Assembly (NCBI GenBank): GCA_040954595.2
Contig: CM082580.2
Span: 14,212,389-14,276,388, forward strand
Direction of reading: 5' to 3'
Length of the DNA: 64,000 nt
DNA from: Balanoglossus misakiensis
Lineage: Eukaryota > Animalia > Hemichordata
The translations under genes and the position numbers were made by a program. Positions 15,321-28,800 of the stretch are shown piece after piece (position 1 is the stretch's first letter; each line of letters begins with the position of its first letter). Below the pieces are notes generated by a model. It worked only from the letters and a program-made list of their open reading frames with translations, did not search any database and was not told the origin of the DNA.

Positions 15321-15540
15321 GTTGGAAATTATTATTTAACCTTTGACCTCAGCCAAGAACGCCACCCCCGATGACCTCTCAATATGCTCACGTGATTGAA
15401 ATATACTGATGTGATTGGTCATTTCAAAACCTTTGCGCGTAATTCGAAGTTCTTTCGCGTACGTTTGGTTCTAAGTCATTGTCCACGTTTGATCTTTTCA
15501 TTTCAAATACTGCTCGATCAAGGACATTTAATCTGGGTAA
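15314..15540. promoter_or_regulatory. Bidirectional promoter between the UBA-UBX-LRR gene and RacGAP1
   Basis: Head-to-head starts in a local CpG-rich patch. YY1-type CCGCCATGTT over the - strand ATG, TCACGTGA at 15388, ATTGG at 15414, CHR-like TTCAAA (15423) and TTCGAA (15443), E2F-like TTTCGCG (15453). Donor GTAAGT at 15537 for a likely noncoding RacGAP1 exon 1, acceptor AG at 15893-15894. Confidence 0.65.
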
Positions 15541-15920
15541 GTGTATTATTCATACATTCCTGCTTTTAAGGAGATATATAGAAAGTTAACGATTTCGCAG
15601 TTTCTTCTGGATTTTCTAGCGTCGAGTCGGGAGTTGAACTTTGAGTCGCACGGCAACACAACACAAACTGAAATAAATTCTATGATTCCTTCGGCATTGC
15701 GACTCGATTTTATACGTGTATTTCCCGCATGTCCAAGATCACAGTTATCATCAAAGTTGTCGCTATAAGTCTGCGATATTCGATTACAATGATTTTGTGA
15801 CTGGCCGACGCATTTACCCTAGCTACCTGCACGAATCCATCGATCATTGCCAGTCTCTGATTGATTGACAATCATCGTTTCCTTTTTATTGTAGGAACGG
15901 AAATAACGCCTTTTCGAACC

Positions 15921-18900
15921 ATGACAGGCAGATACGGCAGTCTGGTGGCTGCCTTCGATGATATAGTGCGATGCACGTCAATACCAACACAGGGGTGCGA
16001 ATCAGGTAAGGGACTGGTCTCAACGCCACGGTCGCTTGCCTACAGACAGGGTGACCATTGTGTGTAAATTCTCGCCTACACATCATGTGATGTCCCTTTC
16101 CTGATCCTGGGCGTCAACGCAGAAAAGGAAGCCACACACATATCACATGCAAAGGATCTTGCCTGTGAGACGTGTGTTCTTTTATATATAACTGGTAAAA
16201 GCACGTAACAGCACTAGGAAATGGTATTTGGTGTAGCAAATTATAGATTGATCATGATTACTTGGTACCAATTGTACATTTCATGTTCATGTTCTTTTCA
16301 CCAGAGTTTCTGCAGTTCGTAAAACACCAAGACGAATGCAGGAAGAGGTGGCTGGAGGCTGAACTAGAATGTGCACAACTGAAAGAAAAACTAGGAAAAC
16401 TTCAGGCTGAAAGAGATACATATGATGTCACACTAAAACACATTAGGTAAGTTAATTAAAAACTGATCAAGGCTGTTAGACATACACAAGCACTTGTATT
16501 ACTACATGTATTACTGATAAACAGTTTGAGTTATACTGAAAGTAATGGACCAAGATTTTGAAAAAAGATATAAGGTAATCGAAGCACCTTTTATATTTTC
16601 ACATTACACAGGTATCAGTTGGATGTTGAGATGAAGAAACGACAAAAAAGTGAACTGGGCAGAGATGCTTTGGTAAGCAGTATGTTGTTTGTCTCCTGTT
16701 TGTTGAAATGATGTTTCAGTTGAAGACATGCTGTGTCTTCTGAATACATGTTCAGTACACAGACTAAATAATTTCTTTCTGTTTTAAACCCACACAGGAT
16801 CGACAGCTAGCCCTTGTCAGAGAACTGCTTGGTGATGGTAATCGAATGAGCATGCTGAATGAGGAGGAGAGACAGAGTCTGGCTTTTCTCAGTGCCACAA
16901 ATCTAAATGCAGTCACTCCTAATAAAAGGTAAATCACAAAGATTATATCATCATCAGAACCAGGCGATTGTCACACTCTTTTGCTAACTCCATTGCCAAT
17001 AAGATGGTAGTATTAAGCAATTCTGTGACGCGAATGATTACCGGTACTCTTCCAATTTCCCGTAGATTGTCAACAGTAGATGAATCAGGAGATTTGCTGT
17101 CAGCATCAGATGTCAGCTATGACCACACAGAGGAAGACTTGGATGAGGTCTCTTACCTTCGAGATGGAAAGGAATGGCACAGGAACGGATCACCTACTAC
17201 ACATAAAAGCAAAAAGGTGGGACATGCACGATAGTGGCCAAGTGAAAACACCCCTTTTCATTGAACATGATTTCATCTCAAATCTTGCATATGCAATAAT
17301 ATTAATGATGGAGCCTGATGTATTCTTCACCAATTTCTTCATACAGCGACCCAGTGCACCACCTTTGGAAACAGAGGAGCCCAAAACTGTGAAGAAAGTC
17401 AGAAAGTCTCGCCACACAACAGAAGCTGTAAGAATATCAAGTTTCTTTTTCGCTTCCATAACATAACATATTATTCTGTGATGAATTTACACATGGATAT
17501 TCTCAAGATTTTGAAAATCATTTGGTGCCTTCTTGCCATTTTTTTCAGGACCAGTCAATTGTCACCACGACAACAGTTAATGTGCCAACCACTGGTCCAA
17601 TCACAGCTACAACCCATGTTGAAGCGGTCCGTAGTCCGCAATACAGAATACCATCCACAAGTAAGTTGTGTGTGTTTTTTTAAGAGTAAATTATCATTAC
17701 AATGATAAAATTTTCGAAAATATCAGTCATTGTGCATGAAATTTTAAGAGACTGCATAATAACTTTAATGTTAAATAATCTGTTGATGAAAAGTTAAAAC
17801 ATGAAGTTGACTTGGAGTAATTTATCTTGCATCATGGCGTTTAGTTTTACATTCCATCAAATGATCTTCATATTCTTAGTTTAAAATGAGCCATTAGAGT
17901 AATTGTGCATCTGAACAACTTGCACTAAATTGTTCTTACTGGTTAAAGACAAATTTTCTTGCTGTAATTTTAATGCATGGCTGAAATAACCACATTTGGT
18001 TTCTCGTTGCACCTTTCCATAACTAACTTCATCACACTAACTTGCAACATGTTGCCTACATGCAACTGTAAGGCTCTATTGCCTCCTACGCAGATTCAGT
18101 CGACAGTGATGACTACAACGTGCGTGGAACACCGACGACACCAGTCAACCGCGGAAGGCGTATGCACACATTCTGTTCAAAGACCGTCATCAAACCAGAG
18201 TCTTGCAATCCAGTAAGTGTGACAATTTTTTAAAAATGTGTCTACTTGTATAATTTGCTTTCTGCCCATGATTAAGATTCAGTAACAACAAGGAGCTATC
18301 ATTTCCCACTTCTGTTGTTTTACTGTTGTCGTTTTATACGTTATTTATTTCGCTCACAATTTCAGTGCCAGAAGAGGATTGGATTTGGTAAACTTGCCCT
18401 CAAGTGCAAAGGTGAGTCAGCTTTGTAGTTGAAAATCTACCATTCAAACTTTCAGACAGAACTCATAGACACATTTGTCAATTCAGGTGTTTGAAAACCA
18501 CAACAGCAAAAGGAGAAATGAAATTTTCTATTTACACTGGACTGGCACTGCCTTGCCCTAATCAAATCATTTCTTTTTCCAGATTGCCGTTCAGTGTGTC
18601 ATCCTGACTGCCGTGACCTGGTACCATTACCCTGTGTACCGACCACCACAACCCCTGGCACTGGTCATGGCAAAAAGGGTCAACCTACAGCACTGGAGTA
18701 CCACACACCAGTGACCAGTCCCATGGTGCCAGCTCTTGTGGTAAGTCATAAAACATGTTCTAGGGCACAAAAATTGCAACGTGAAAGTGAATGCTGTAAC
18801 AGTGTCTTGCTGCAATTTTTAATACCCACATAGATAACTAATATTGTCAGTCAACCTGTACATAGTCACATGCCGCACACTAGTACCAGCATAACTTTTG

Positions 18901-21113
18901 AAGTACCCTGGCAGTTGATTCACCCAATAAATATTGCTCCCCTTCTTCCTTACAGATTCACTGCTGTAATGAGATCGAAAGAAGAGGGCTGATAGAGCAG
19001 GGCATTTACAGAGTTTCTGGATCCGAGCGACAGGTCAAAGAACTCAAGGAGAAGTTGCTGAAGGGAAAAGGAAACCCCAATCTTGTGAGTCTTTCTTCAT
19101 GAACGTCTCTTGTGATCTATAAAATCACTGCGATGGGAACCACTGTACATCAGTGAGATCATAAGTAAAGACTCACCAGCTACTGTTAGTGATATCCCAC
19201 ATGTTCATCAAAATTCCTTTCTCTTCTCGTTTTGTTCCAGCACCAAGTTAATGATATCCATGTTGTGTGTGGCGCCCTCAAGGATTTCTTCCGTGGTCTC
19301 AATGAACCTTTAGTCACATTCAGGCTTCATCCAAGTTTTGTACGGGCTGCAGGTAACGTAAAAGTCCCATTTATAAATATCATACCTTTAGTGTAAACCA
19401 ATCCCCTTCATGTTTTCCCCCACATACCTGGTAACATTAACTAGTTTCTATTGATAATACCCTTGAAATGAAAATTTATTGATAATAATTTTGTCTTCAG
19501 AAATGAGTGATGAGACAGACAGCCACACAGCCATATACCAGGCAGTGAGTGAATTACCTCAGTGTAATAGAGACACGCTGGCTTACATGATTCTGCATCT
19601 ACAAAGGTAAGCAACTGCAAACTCTTGCATCTCATTCTGTCGTGTGTCATTGGAAAATGTGTGACATAGCTCTTTGCATGAAATGTTTGAATGATTTGCA
19701 GCTGACAGTAAATTTCTTTCTTCTTTCTGTTTTTCAGAGTTGGTGAGGCACCAGCATGTAAAATGCCTTTGTCTAATCTCGCCAAGGTCTTTGGACCCAC
19801 CTTGGTTGGACACAACAATCCTGAGCCAACGCCCATTGAAATGTTGGAGGACACCAAAAAGCAAGCCAAGGTAACACCATTGCTGATGTCTATGTATTTG
19901 CCCAGTCTGACTGTCCGTGGAATTCAGAATTGAAAAATATTAGCAGACAAGCTGAAGAGAAAGTTTTTTACCTAAATCACTGTAAAGAACATTTTATTAG
20001 TGGCAGAATTACCTGGATTTCATTGTCAATGCATCTTTTCTCGTCTTTTCACAGGTAATGCAGAAGCTATTTGACATGCCTCAAGACTTCTGGGGAGCCT
20101 TTGTCAATGTTGACATCGAGAATGATGTGATTTACAACGTCAATGCCATGGCATCGCAGACACCTGAAGCAAAGCCAAGTAAGACCATCAATTTCCTCAG
20201 AATTTTCACTCTTCATTTTTGAAGCTTTGTAGATTTTGTTTTTCATGACTTGCATTACCATGGTAATTGTTCTACCTTATTTTTTGTTCACACAGCTCCC
20301 AGCAGCATGTTGGGCCCTCTTACAACTCCGGGAAAGACACCGGCCAAATCATCATCCAGCAGCTCCATGGGATCCACCGGAAAGAAATCCTTGTTTTCCA
20401 GAACACCAATGACACCCAGGTGAGTCAGCATTCTCTTCTTGTGAACTTGAAATTCATAGGGTAGATGTTTGTAATGATCTCCTTTCGGTGCATCTGTGGT
20501 TCTCTGACAGTTGCATATTTTCCTTTCTGTCGGCAGGGACAAGAAAAGCCGCCATTTCTTTTCCACTCCTACTCTGAAATAATAGTATTGCTGTCAGTAG
20601 AGATTCACTGAGACCATGAAATAGTCTTGCTTGACATGAAATAAGTCTCCTTGTCAGGAGAGAGACTTTGTGCCAATCTCAATGTCAGAGTTATTGTATT
20701 TTTCACTTAGCAAAATCATCAGTGATACTCTGTGACACAAGTTCAAACATGTATTAATTCAGGTCCAAAGTAGTTGTATCATGTAAATGTATGATTTTTC
20801 CTTCAGCTTTGTTTTCATGTCTGCTTAACTCCATTCAACCCATCCTCTGTTCTTACTTCTCTTTCCTCTAACCCTTACAAACTGTGAATTTCACTTACCA
20901 GATTGGCTTGTTCTTGGAAAGGCCACACCATGCAGGTTATTGCACACAACCAGTGAATGCTTGCATTTCTTGTTTGCTCGTCAACCCTTGGACACCACCG
21001 ATTTAAATGTTTCTCTTTTGTTTTTCACCTATTCACGTAGAGCTGGCAGCACAAAGAGTCACAAGAAAAGTACCAGACCACGTCATTTCTTCTCCTCCCC
21101 AAAGTTGGTGTAA
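15921..21113 (+). CDS. RACGAP1: Rac GTPase-activating protein 1 (MgcRacGAP/CYK-4, centralspindlin subunit), multi-exon; alternative stop at 20582
   Basis: N-terminal coiled coil ([16 protein letters not shown]...[15 protein letters not shown]). C1 domain [49 protein letters not shown]. RhoGAP domain ([85 protein letters not shown]). C-terminal LGPLTTP and FFS[TS]P.L tail. Confidence 0.96.
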
Positions 21114-23569
21114 CAATATTCCCCAACCACCAAACAGCTACCACTGAGGATAGAAACATTGGTTTGGTGCAAAATAACACCTAGCACTAAGCAGACACCA
21201 GCTTACCTAACTTGCATGAATCTTTTATTCCTGCATGAACCAAAGATTGACTGAGTGTGTTGTCACCAAACCTAAAATATTTAAGGATAAGATGCATTTA
21301 TAATGTTAACACTGCCATTTAAAGTTTTCCATTGTTTGCTTCATCTTATAATGTCACTCATTTTCAGATCTGACCTCCATATAAACAACTGTCTTCCATG
21401 TATTTTCAAATAAGAATTGGGTGTCTAGACATGTAATTGATCTTTTTTGTATTTTCTGTAATTTTAGAAAGTCAGGTAGTGTGTAGATCATAGTTGACGT
21501 GTGCCCTTTGACCCCAATCAAGTGTCTATTTAAAATGAAGTCAGAGTTCAAAGGTCAATTACATTTACTCATATTAGAAAAACTTGATTTGTTGTAGGTG
21601 ACTTTTATCATGGATAACCGAGTATACAAAGTGCAAATAAAGTTCATAATAAATACAGGAAAGTTTCAGAGTAGTAAACATGTATGGAATTATAGTAGTC
21701 TTTTGAATTTTTAAAATAAAAATTGCCATAAGTTGCATGAGTGGCAATATGTGCATGTTATTTGGATTTGTTATACAGAAGATGAATGGACAGCTGAAAT
21801 GAAGAAAAAAAGTCTCCCATTTTGTACATAGATTTATCAGTTTCAGATATATAAAAAACATATTTTTACACCTTTGATAGAGTAGTTTTTTTCCTGTCCT
21901 CTCGGAAACAACTAGTCTTCATGTTTGAATGCCAGTTCTGTAGTTTGTACATTGAAACTACTGGCATTGTTATAATTTGAGCTGTGTAACTAATTTTTGC
22001 AATCTGGAACAAGGTTGATGTGAGGCTGTTGAATACATATAATTTTCTATCACCAGTGCATTTCAATGAAAGGCAGGACCTGAAATAAGTCCAACAATTT
22101 CCTGATTCCAGAGAAATATAGTTTTGCTTTTTGACTTGGAACAAAAGCTGCATTTTGTTTTGTCTTCTGTAAAATACATAGTTATGCTTCAGTAGTTTTT
22201 GTACCATTTTGACATTATACACAATGTTTAAAATTCTTATGTCAGGTTTTAGCAGACCTGACAATCAGGAATGTTCTGATAAGTAGAACTGAGATAATAA
22301 ACACTTCTCAAGAATTTTACCTGTGTGGCGCCCTCTATTATTGACAGAAACGCAATGGCTTGTTAATCATGATGTGGCAACAAGATCTTTCATGTTCTAC
22401 AACACTAACATTACAGATACTAAATTAACACAGCAGATTCCATAAGACAACTTTGTCATCAACATTGACAATGGATTGTAAACTTGGCAGCAAATTAGAT
22501 AGCAGATCAGCAATAGATCCAGTTCATTGAAAGTCGTACATCAATGTCATTCAATTATACACAAACGGCAATAAACAAAAGTTACAGTTCACCAAATGGC
22601 AGTAAATAATATAAACTTACCGGCATTTGTATCATAAAATTATTTTTCAAAAGATAAAATAAATTCAATAACAGCATGTCAACATTTGAAACCATCTAAC
22701 TACCTTCAAAAACCTGAGGACAACAGAACAATAAATTGCAAACTCAAAGAACAAACAGCAACCACAATCTATGTACCACATATTTTGTGAGAATGAATAT
22801 GATATTTAATAAGTATTTAATAAGCAGTATTACTTCAAGTTAATTGTGTTATAGAACCATATTTAATGTCTCTATTTGACATTATGTATGATGCTTTAAG
22901 CTTTGAGTTGGTTTATTTTATTAATGTTTCAATAATGAATGTTAGTAACAAATGAAGCTTACAATGAGGTCTTAATGATTTACTGTAAGTTGCCATGGTA
23001 ACATCTCATTATGATAGTGCCCATTGCTTAACACTGCTGCCACACCAATGTGTGATGCATGGAGAGTGTACAGCTGCCCTTTAACCACCGCTGTTGATGT
23101 TTGTGTTAATATGCATCCCAGTGAGTCAGTGAGTGAGTAAATCCATTACAGTCAGTTGATGATTTAGTGATGACATGTAGACTGCTGTTTGTACTGTGTG
23201 CATTCTGAAGATAAAGTTACCTGCCAAAAAAATACAAAACAAACAACACAGATAAGACAACTGATGAAAAAAAGGCATGTCCCTTGCTTTGTACGACAGA
23301 CAGCTGTAAATATTATTATTCTATACTCATTGGTATGCAAAATACTACTAAAATATTCATATTGCAATTTGACACTGCAGTAGCAGAATGATGACTTCAC
23401 AGGATATTTTAAAAGCTCAGAATTAACAACAATTTTTCTTGTACAACAAAATATTTACACCCAGAAATAATTTAGTCATAGGAAAATAATTATTCTTTAG
23501 TAATCTTTTAACAAATAGACCACATATTTAAACAATTGATCCCCTGTACTTTGATGATCTGATGAGAAA

Positions 23570-25577
23570 TTAATGCAAAGAGGTTCTGTGGGATCTTCCA
23601 TCAAGGACCGGTTTAGCACTTTTAGATCTTGGTGTTGCTATCCTGTTGGAAATATTAAAGTAGTGTAAAAAAATAGACACAAAATATCCATGGATACTCA
23701 GTGTCACTGTCGTAAAATATTGCAGGTAATCTGAGCATTTTCATTATATTTGAATTAGACTTGGTGACAGCACTGCTGTAGAAGTGTACACACACACACA
23801 CACCCAGAGGCACATACACACACAGAGGCACATACACACACCCAAACAAACACACCAGTAAAAGACATTTCAACTTACGGAGCATGATCCTGGTCTGTGT
23901 CGTCCATGATGGCAGCTTTGGCCGGCAACACACCAATACCGGCATTCACACCGTCATTCTTTGCAAGTGCCATCAAGAAACCATAGAAGGAGACTCTGTT
24001 GGTATTCTGAAGGATTTCTCTGAGACAACTGAGTTTAGGATGACTGTGAAAAGAGGCAAAAAAAAATAAGGAAAAATCTCTTGTGTTGGGGAAAATTGGA
24101 TAAAACAGTTCTGATCCATTTTTTTCCTCCCTGGCCACAAGTTCAACTGTGTAAATGCTGAAAAGCTAACTCTGGGTTCTTTCCGTCCAGATCTTGAAAT
24201 CTACTTTTACCTGTTCTTGGTTCCCTCAATGAGTTGGGTCAACGTTTCCAGAAACAGCTGGGAGTCGACGCCCTCTGGCTGTGCTGCGGGTGGGTCCATC
24301 GGAGGAGGGGGAGGTTGCTGTTTCTTTTGTTGCCGGGGTGATGTACTGCTGCTGGGAACGACCACTGCCTCTCTTGGACTTCTTGGTGCTTGTGTCAGCT
24401 TCTCATACAGTTTATTGCAGTCTCCGAGAAATTCTGTAAAAAAGTGACAAGGATTAGAGAAGAAAAAAGTTTTGTGGTGAACAGATAAAACCCCAGGTGG
24501 AGATGACCCCAATGTTTCCATTGAACACTCACCTTCGTAGTAAAACTGTAACTGGAATGCATAGAGGAAGTCAGAAAATGACATGAGGCAGTCCATGGCA
24601 TCATCCATCAGGATAATCCGTGCTGTCTTCTGGATCAAATCAAACGGAAAATTGGGACACAGCAGACATAGCAAGGAATGGTATTCCTTGACATTCAGCA
24701 GGTCTGGAAGAGAGGAATGGTGTTTTTTAGATTTGAAAAAGATTTTTTCAATAAACCTGTGTGGTTCGAGTTCCCATACATGGGTTCACTGTGTGATATA
24801 TTGCATCAATGCAGAATGGTCATTACATTGCCACCTCAAACATACAGCATGTCCTACATAAGCCCAGACTTTGGTTCAGAATGGTTTCTCTCTTGTAGTT
24901 CAGTTTAGGTTGGTATGGGAAGGTTGCGGGGTTGCAGAGATTGACATCCTACCTCCATTTTTGCCGATATGCCGGTAGCACTTCCAGAACACCCTGGTGA
25001 ACGATGCTCGGTTGTGAGGGGTGCTTTTTATGAACATGTACTCTCTGAACAATGTGTGGTTGCCATGGTGAATACTTGAAAAGCTGCCAACACAAAGACA
25101 AGGATTGAAAATACATCACAAACATGAGTTTGGAAGAAAGCTCTCCTTCCAAAGTGAAACTCTACTGCAACCTGGCCTGTGGTCCCCAACCTCATACAAT
25201 CAACAATAACCCGCACTCTAAGCACTGACTTACTAATCATTGAAGAATTTGGCTGGATTGACTTTGGGGTTGTCTTCCTTGTGTTCCAGTAGCTGACCGA
25301 TGGCATCCTCTAGATACGTCAACACATGATGTTTGGCTAAGAAAAAGACACGTTGGTTTAGAAAGAATTAGAAGCTTATCATTATGTCCCGTAACTAAAC
25401 GCTAGGAAAGACAAATGATAGGATAACCTTAACCTGGTTGGATGTCAACGAACTTTCACTAAAACGCATGGCGGCGGTTCGAATGGTTTTGAACACTCGA
25501 CCAACGCTCAACGCAACGTACGACTTGTATTTACCTAGATACTCATCGGCGGAGAGTGAGAACCTATCTCCAGACAT
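23570..25577 (-). CDS. CSTPP1: Centriolar satellite-associated tubulin polyglutamylase complex regulator 1 (C11orf49/UPF0705), multi-exon
   Basis: MSGDRFSLSADEYL|AKHHVLTYLEDAIGQLLEHKE...THTLFREYMFIKSTPHNRASF...KEYHSLLCLLCPNFPFDLIQKTARIILMDDAMDCLMSFSDFLYAFQLQFYY is very close to human C11orf49 as recalled. The last exon ends at TAA 23570-23572. Confidence 0.9.
23787..23843. repeat. (CA)n plus 18-bp tandem repeat CAGAGGCACATACACACA x2
   Basis: Directly visible in a CSTPP1 intron. Confidence 0.8.
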
Positions 25578-25858
25578 TTTAGAGTTCCCTCTCCCTTGAT
25601 AAGTATAAGTTCAGCAAATTTCCGTGAAGTTTATCGTGACATTTTCGCATTACCAGCAGCAGCAAGCTACATGTCTTCGATGCACTCTCCTGACCTTTCA
25701 CCTGTCGATACTTGCATGGGGGCGCTATATACTGTTTCCTTGACAACAACCTGTTACCTGATCGGGTTCGTACCCTGGATCCCAAGCATCTTCCTACAAA
25801 CCAGCCTGGTTGTAAACCGAGCTCTAGTTCACTAGAATGAATCTTACGTAAATCATAC

Positions 25859-25886
25859 CCAGTTCATGTAGTCGTACATGAACTGG
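25859..25886. repeat. Perfect hairpin, 12-bp stem and 4-nt loop
   Basis: CCAGTTCATGTA-GTCG-TACATGAACTGG, upstream of the CSTPP1 ATG. Confidence 0.85.
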
Positions 25887-28800
25887 CATTTAGGCCTAAG
25901 TAGCCTGCTAGAGTGCTCGCCCGTGTGAACACGTGAGATAAAAAGGTGTCAAAATACGACATGGCCGGGTTGTTGATCTAATTAGGCCTACTAGGGCCTA
26001 GGCCTATGTGATATTAAACATATAGACAGGGCTAAAAGTTATCATTGTGATATTGTTCACATCTGATGTCGACGGTACAAAGTAAGGCCTAGACCTACCT
26101 CAAAATGGTCCTCATTGAGTAGTGCTCGCCATCGAATGCACGGCCTAAAAGTAGAAAAGAAAAAACAACTTACATCACGCGTCGGCGTTCGAGTGTGACG
26201 CAACTGACGGATATTCGTCCCGGGTTTCGAGTACCCTACTAAGTTTCAAGAAGATCTGCTTGCGTGCCAGACAGTGAAGCCGGAAATTTGAGACTTGAGG
26301 AAGTGGGATACACGATTCGTCCCTTGTGTCACGGCCTAATCCGTTCAACCGTCCTCGTTCCATTGCCGCTGGCATTTGCTTGTTTTGGGTTGGCACGCTT
26401 GTCTAATCCTGACTCCAGGGCACTTCCAGTTGGAGTCTTGTTACACGGTCATATAGTGTTTCAGACCCGGATACAACCGTGGAAATGCAAGACTTAGGGA
26501 TAAACCTATTCCCATTTTGTTTTCAACTTCGATACAGTTTTAGAGAGGACCCTGTCCCAAATCAAGATGCGCAAACAGAACACTAAACTTCTTTTTACCA
26601 GAACCACGCGATGTGCCCAACTACTCCACGTCGGTTCTTTGTCTGAAGACACCAGGAGTGATGTTTTACCTCATCTATACTTACTTTACTCGACGTTTTG
26701 CCTTATGTTATTTTAACTTAGAAATTGGTATATGTGGGGAAGACCATTATAAGTCTGAAAGTAAAACATGAAAATAATGCAAAAATGGCAGTAATATGGG
26801 TCTTTAACTCTAAAAGTGGACCCACAAACATTACTTTTTCAACTTTTGGAGGTCACGTGATTCCCGCTGACGTCTGTAGAATTTGCGAAAACTCAGCAAG
26901 GTGTAACATTTGTGTAAATACTTGAGGAAAACTTCCAAAGCATGACATACGACACAATCGAAAAGCGCCTGTTGTCATGACGATAGATCTCTTAAAAAGG
27001 ATTTTGTGCCTTTTGATACTATGGCTACTCCGCTTGTTGGCGCCTCCACTACGTAAGCCGACTAAACCAGTCTTAACGTTTATATGATACCAAGGTTTGC
27101 ACGAAATGTAATCTACGCTATCGAATCGACTTGTTTTATTTAAAGAAATACGACCGCAACCACACGGCAAGATTATCGCCATAAATGTTTGATATCTTCG
27201 CGGATGGCACATCCAGGATTTCAATGTCTGATTTTCCCAATCCGAACAAAGACATCTATTAGATTGGCCCTCTTTCCCACAAAAAAAGTAGAAACAACCG
27301 AGAAGGCCTTGAAGATTTCGCGAGGTGGGCATTTGATTTCTCCAGTCTAGATCGTGATGTTGGTCCACAGATCGACACCCTGCAATTGCTGCAAGGTTTA
27401 CAGTCCAAAACAAAATTCAGTAGAGCTACCCAGATGCTTTTTTTCGTATTTTACGTCTTCGGTATCGGTAGAGTCTTCTTTATGTACTCAAACCGAGAAG
27501 CGTGATTCCAGGGCTGAATAGACAACCACTCAGGCGATAGGTCTAAAGTTATACGCTTTACTTTTAAAAGAATCCGACTTCAACTTTCCCTCGTTTTTTG
27601 TCGTCCGTATGCACAATAACCCTTCATTAGTACTTCAGCAAGAGAATCGATGGGTTTGTAGAGACTGCAATTGTTTGGCCCGCGAGGAATATCTATTGTG
27701 TCAACATTAAAAACTACTTGGTAGCTCTACGAAGCCTTTTGCACACCGGATCAGAGGAGAACGTTTGCTAGCCCCAGGTCGCAATTAATTCAAATAAATC
27801 CCCTCAATCGCCTTGAATTGGTCCAATCATAGGCACCCCCTTCTAATGTCGATTTGTCCAATCATAGACGCCCCTTTAATTCTATAGCGCACTATATCTG
27901 CTTTACTGCGATATGAGGCAACACGTCTCTTCTCTGTCATCATTGTCAAGAGTTTAAAGACTAAAATGGCTTTTTAGGAGTTTGTAAAGTTCCAACATAC
28001 GCTCAATAGACACAAATAGCATTTCTTTAGAAGTATGCGCAAGGTTCAAATGATTTCTTTCGTTCTTTGCCCGGGGCATCTTGGTATTACTTTCCTCTCT
28101 GTTTTTAACTCCTCCGACAAAGAAAGAACAGACCGCCATCTTCGACTGGAATCAAACCACTGCGTAAATACAAAGGGTGTAAATAACTTGGGGAGTTGAT
28201 TCTGTGTTCCTTTGAAATGTAAGCGCCGACTTCCTTCGTTGGAAATGATCGCATAAAGCACATGCACCATTTTCACTATGTGATGAAGTGTTGAAAACAG
28301 CCTTAACTTTGTTGGTTGCTACGGTGAACTCACTAGACCTCCCGATGCGCATGCTCATAGGAAATACGCAAACCCCAATCTCCCTCTCTTGCAGCCAAGT
28401 AATCTTAGTTGGAAGACATGAAAAAGAAAGTCCGAATGGTGCCGAATTGGTTTCTTGAAAAGGAATCACAAAACGCTCTGAGTTTGATACAAACTTTATG
28501 GATGTAACAAAGTCCATGTTTCCGAACTTTGAAAAAGATTACGGAATTGTTCGGCGCGCCGGACGGGTAATTTTCTAACTTGACGATTGAATTCCAAGGC
28601 ATATTTGAGCGATAAGGTCATATCGAATACATAAGGCACGTTTCTGCTAGCGCGGCGAAGATAACAGAATCATGATTTGACGGGGGTTTTACCATCAGTC
28701 AATCCGGTCGAATGTTGACAAACCCCCTGAGGGTTTTAATTCCACGTTGGTTCACTTTTTTACTTCCATTCTTATGAATTCTTTATAGAATGCTTAGCAG

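Noticed and set aside
20902-20956. Possible third RacGAP1 terminal exon ([18 protein letters not shown])
   Set aside because: It has an AG acceptor but lacks the conserved FFSxP tail, so it is likely chance.
26853-27413. 186-aa ORF on the - strand, and the other 60-150 aa ORFs in the gene desert
   Set aside because: Many have non-ATG starts, none shows a recognisable motif or splice chain, and their composition looks random.
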